This document shows, piece after piece, positions 63,713-64,000 of a stretch of DNA of 64,000 bases. Source of the DNA: Octopus bimaculoides (lineage: Eukaryota); NCBI RefSeq assembly GCF_001194135.2, contig NC_068983.1, positions 142,907,479 through 142,971,478 on the forward strand, in the 5' to 3' direction. Under the pieces are notes generated by a model. The model had not been told where the DNA came from, ran no database searches, and saw only the letters and a program-made list of their open reading frames with translations. The position numbers and the translations under genes are program-made. The stretch's first letter is position 1. Each line of letters opens with the position of its first letter.

Positions 63713-64000
63713 ATGACTACTGACCGAGACCTTTGGAAATGTGCTGTGCGTGAGAAGACCTGGCAAGCCAAGTGAGATCGTTGCCAGTGCCCCTGGACTG
63801 GCTTTTGTGCGGGTGGCACATAAGATGTACCATCCTGAGCGTGACCGTTGCCAGTACCGCCTGACTGGCCTTGTAGGGTTTTCGAGCGAGATCGTTGCCA
63901 GTGCCCCTGGACTGGCTCTTGTGCGGGTGGCACATAAAAGACACCATTTCGAGCGTGGCTGTTTTCGTGCGGGTGACACGTAAAAGCACCCACTACACTC
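63713..64000 (+). mobile_element. Young RTE LINE 3' end with tandem-repeat UTR (truncated by window end)
   Basis: MTTDRDLWKCAVREKTWQAK*, then a direct repeat of about 50 bp with about 114-bp period. Homologous to 34845-34985 in opposite orientation. Confidence 0.88.

Noticed and set aside
63770-63940. CRISPR-like repeat-spacer pattern
   Set aside because: These are tandem units of an RTE 3' UTR in a eukaryotic context, with no unique spacers or cas genes.

Overview
AT-rich, CpG-depleted, repeat-dense eukaryotic DNA with six N-gaps. The repeat landscape (tRNA-derived SINEs, RTE LINE tails ending in (ATG)n, Penelope-like termini, TTAGGG repeats) suggests an octopus/coleoid genome; this is inference, not checked against a database. 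The only well-supported host coding sequence is a pair of + strand exons (8719-8839, 48798-48939). Each encodes the N-terminal half of a WSC domain and both have the same phase-1/phase-2 boundaries, so most of the window is probably intron of a multi-WSC gene, or of two tandem paralogs. The rest is mostly transposon fossils: a TTAA-flanked piggyBac, two DD37D mariner-type elements, a Tc1 remnant, an internally deleted mariner, Gypsy gag-protease, Penelope, CR1 and many RTE pieces. The most unusual items are a young 592-bp Merlin-like foldback MITE with a palindromic telomeric-repeat core, repeated hammerhead-like motifs with a non-canonical core, a CpG-retaining hairpin-rich island at about 22.5-23.0 kb with a speculative antisense exon chain, and a possible twin-priming inversion in an RTE. 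All translations and alignments were done by eye. Boundaries of degenerate repeats are approximate.
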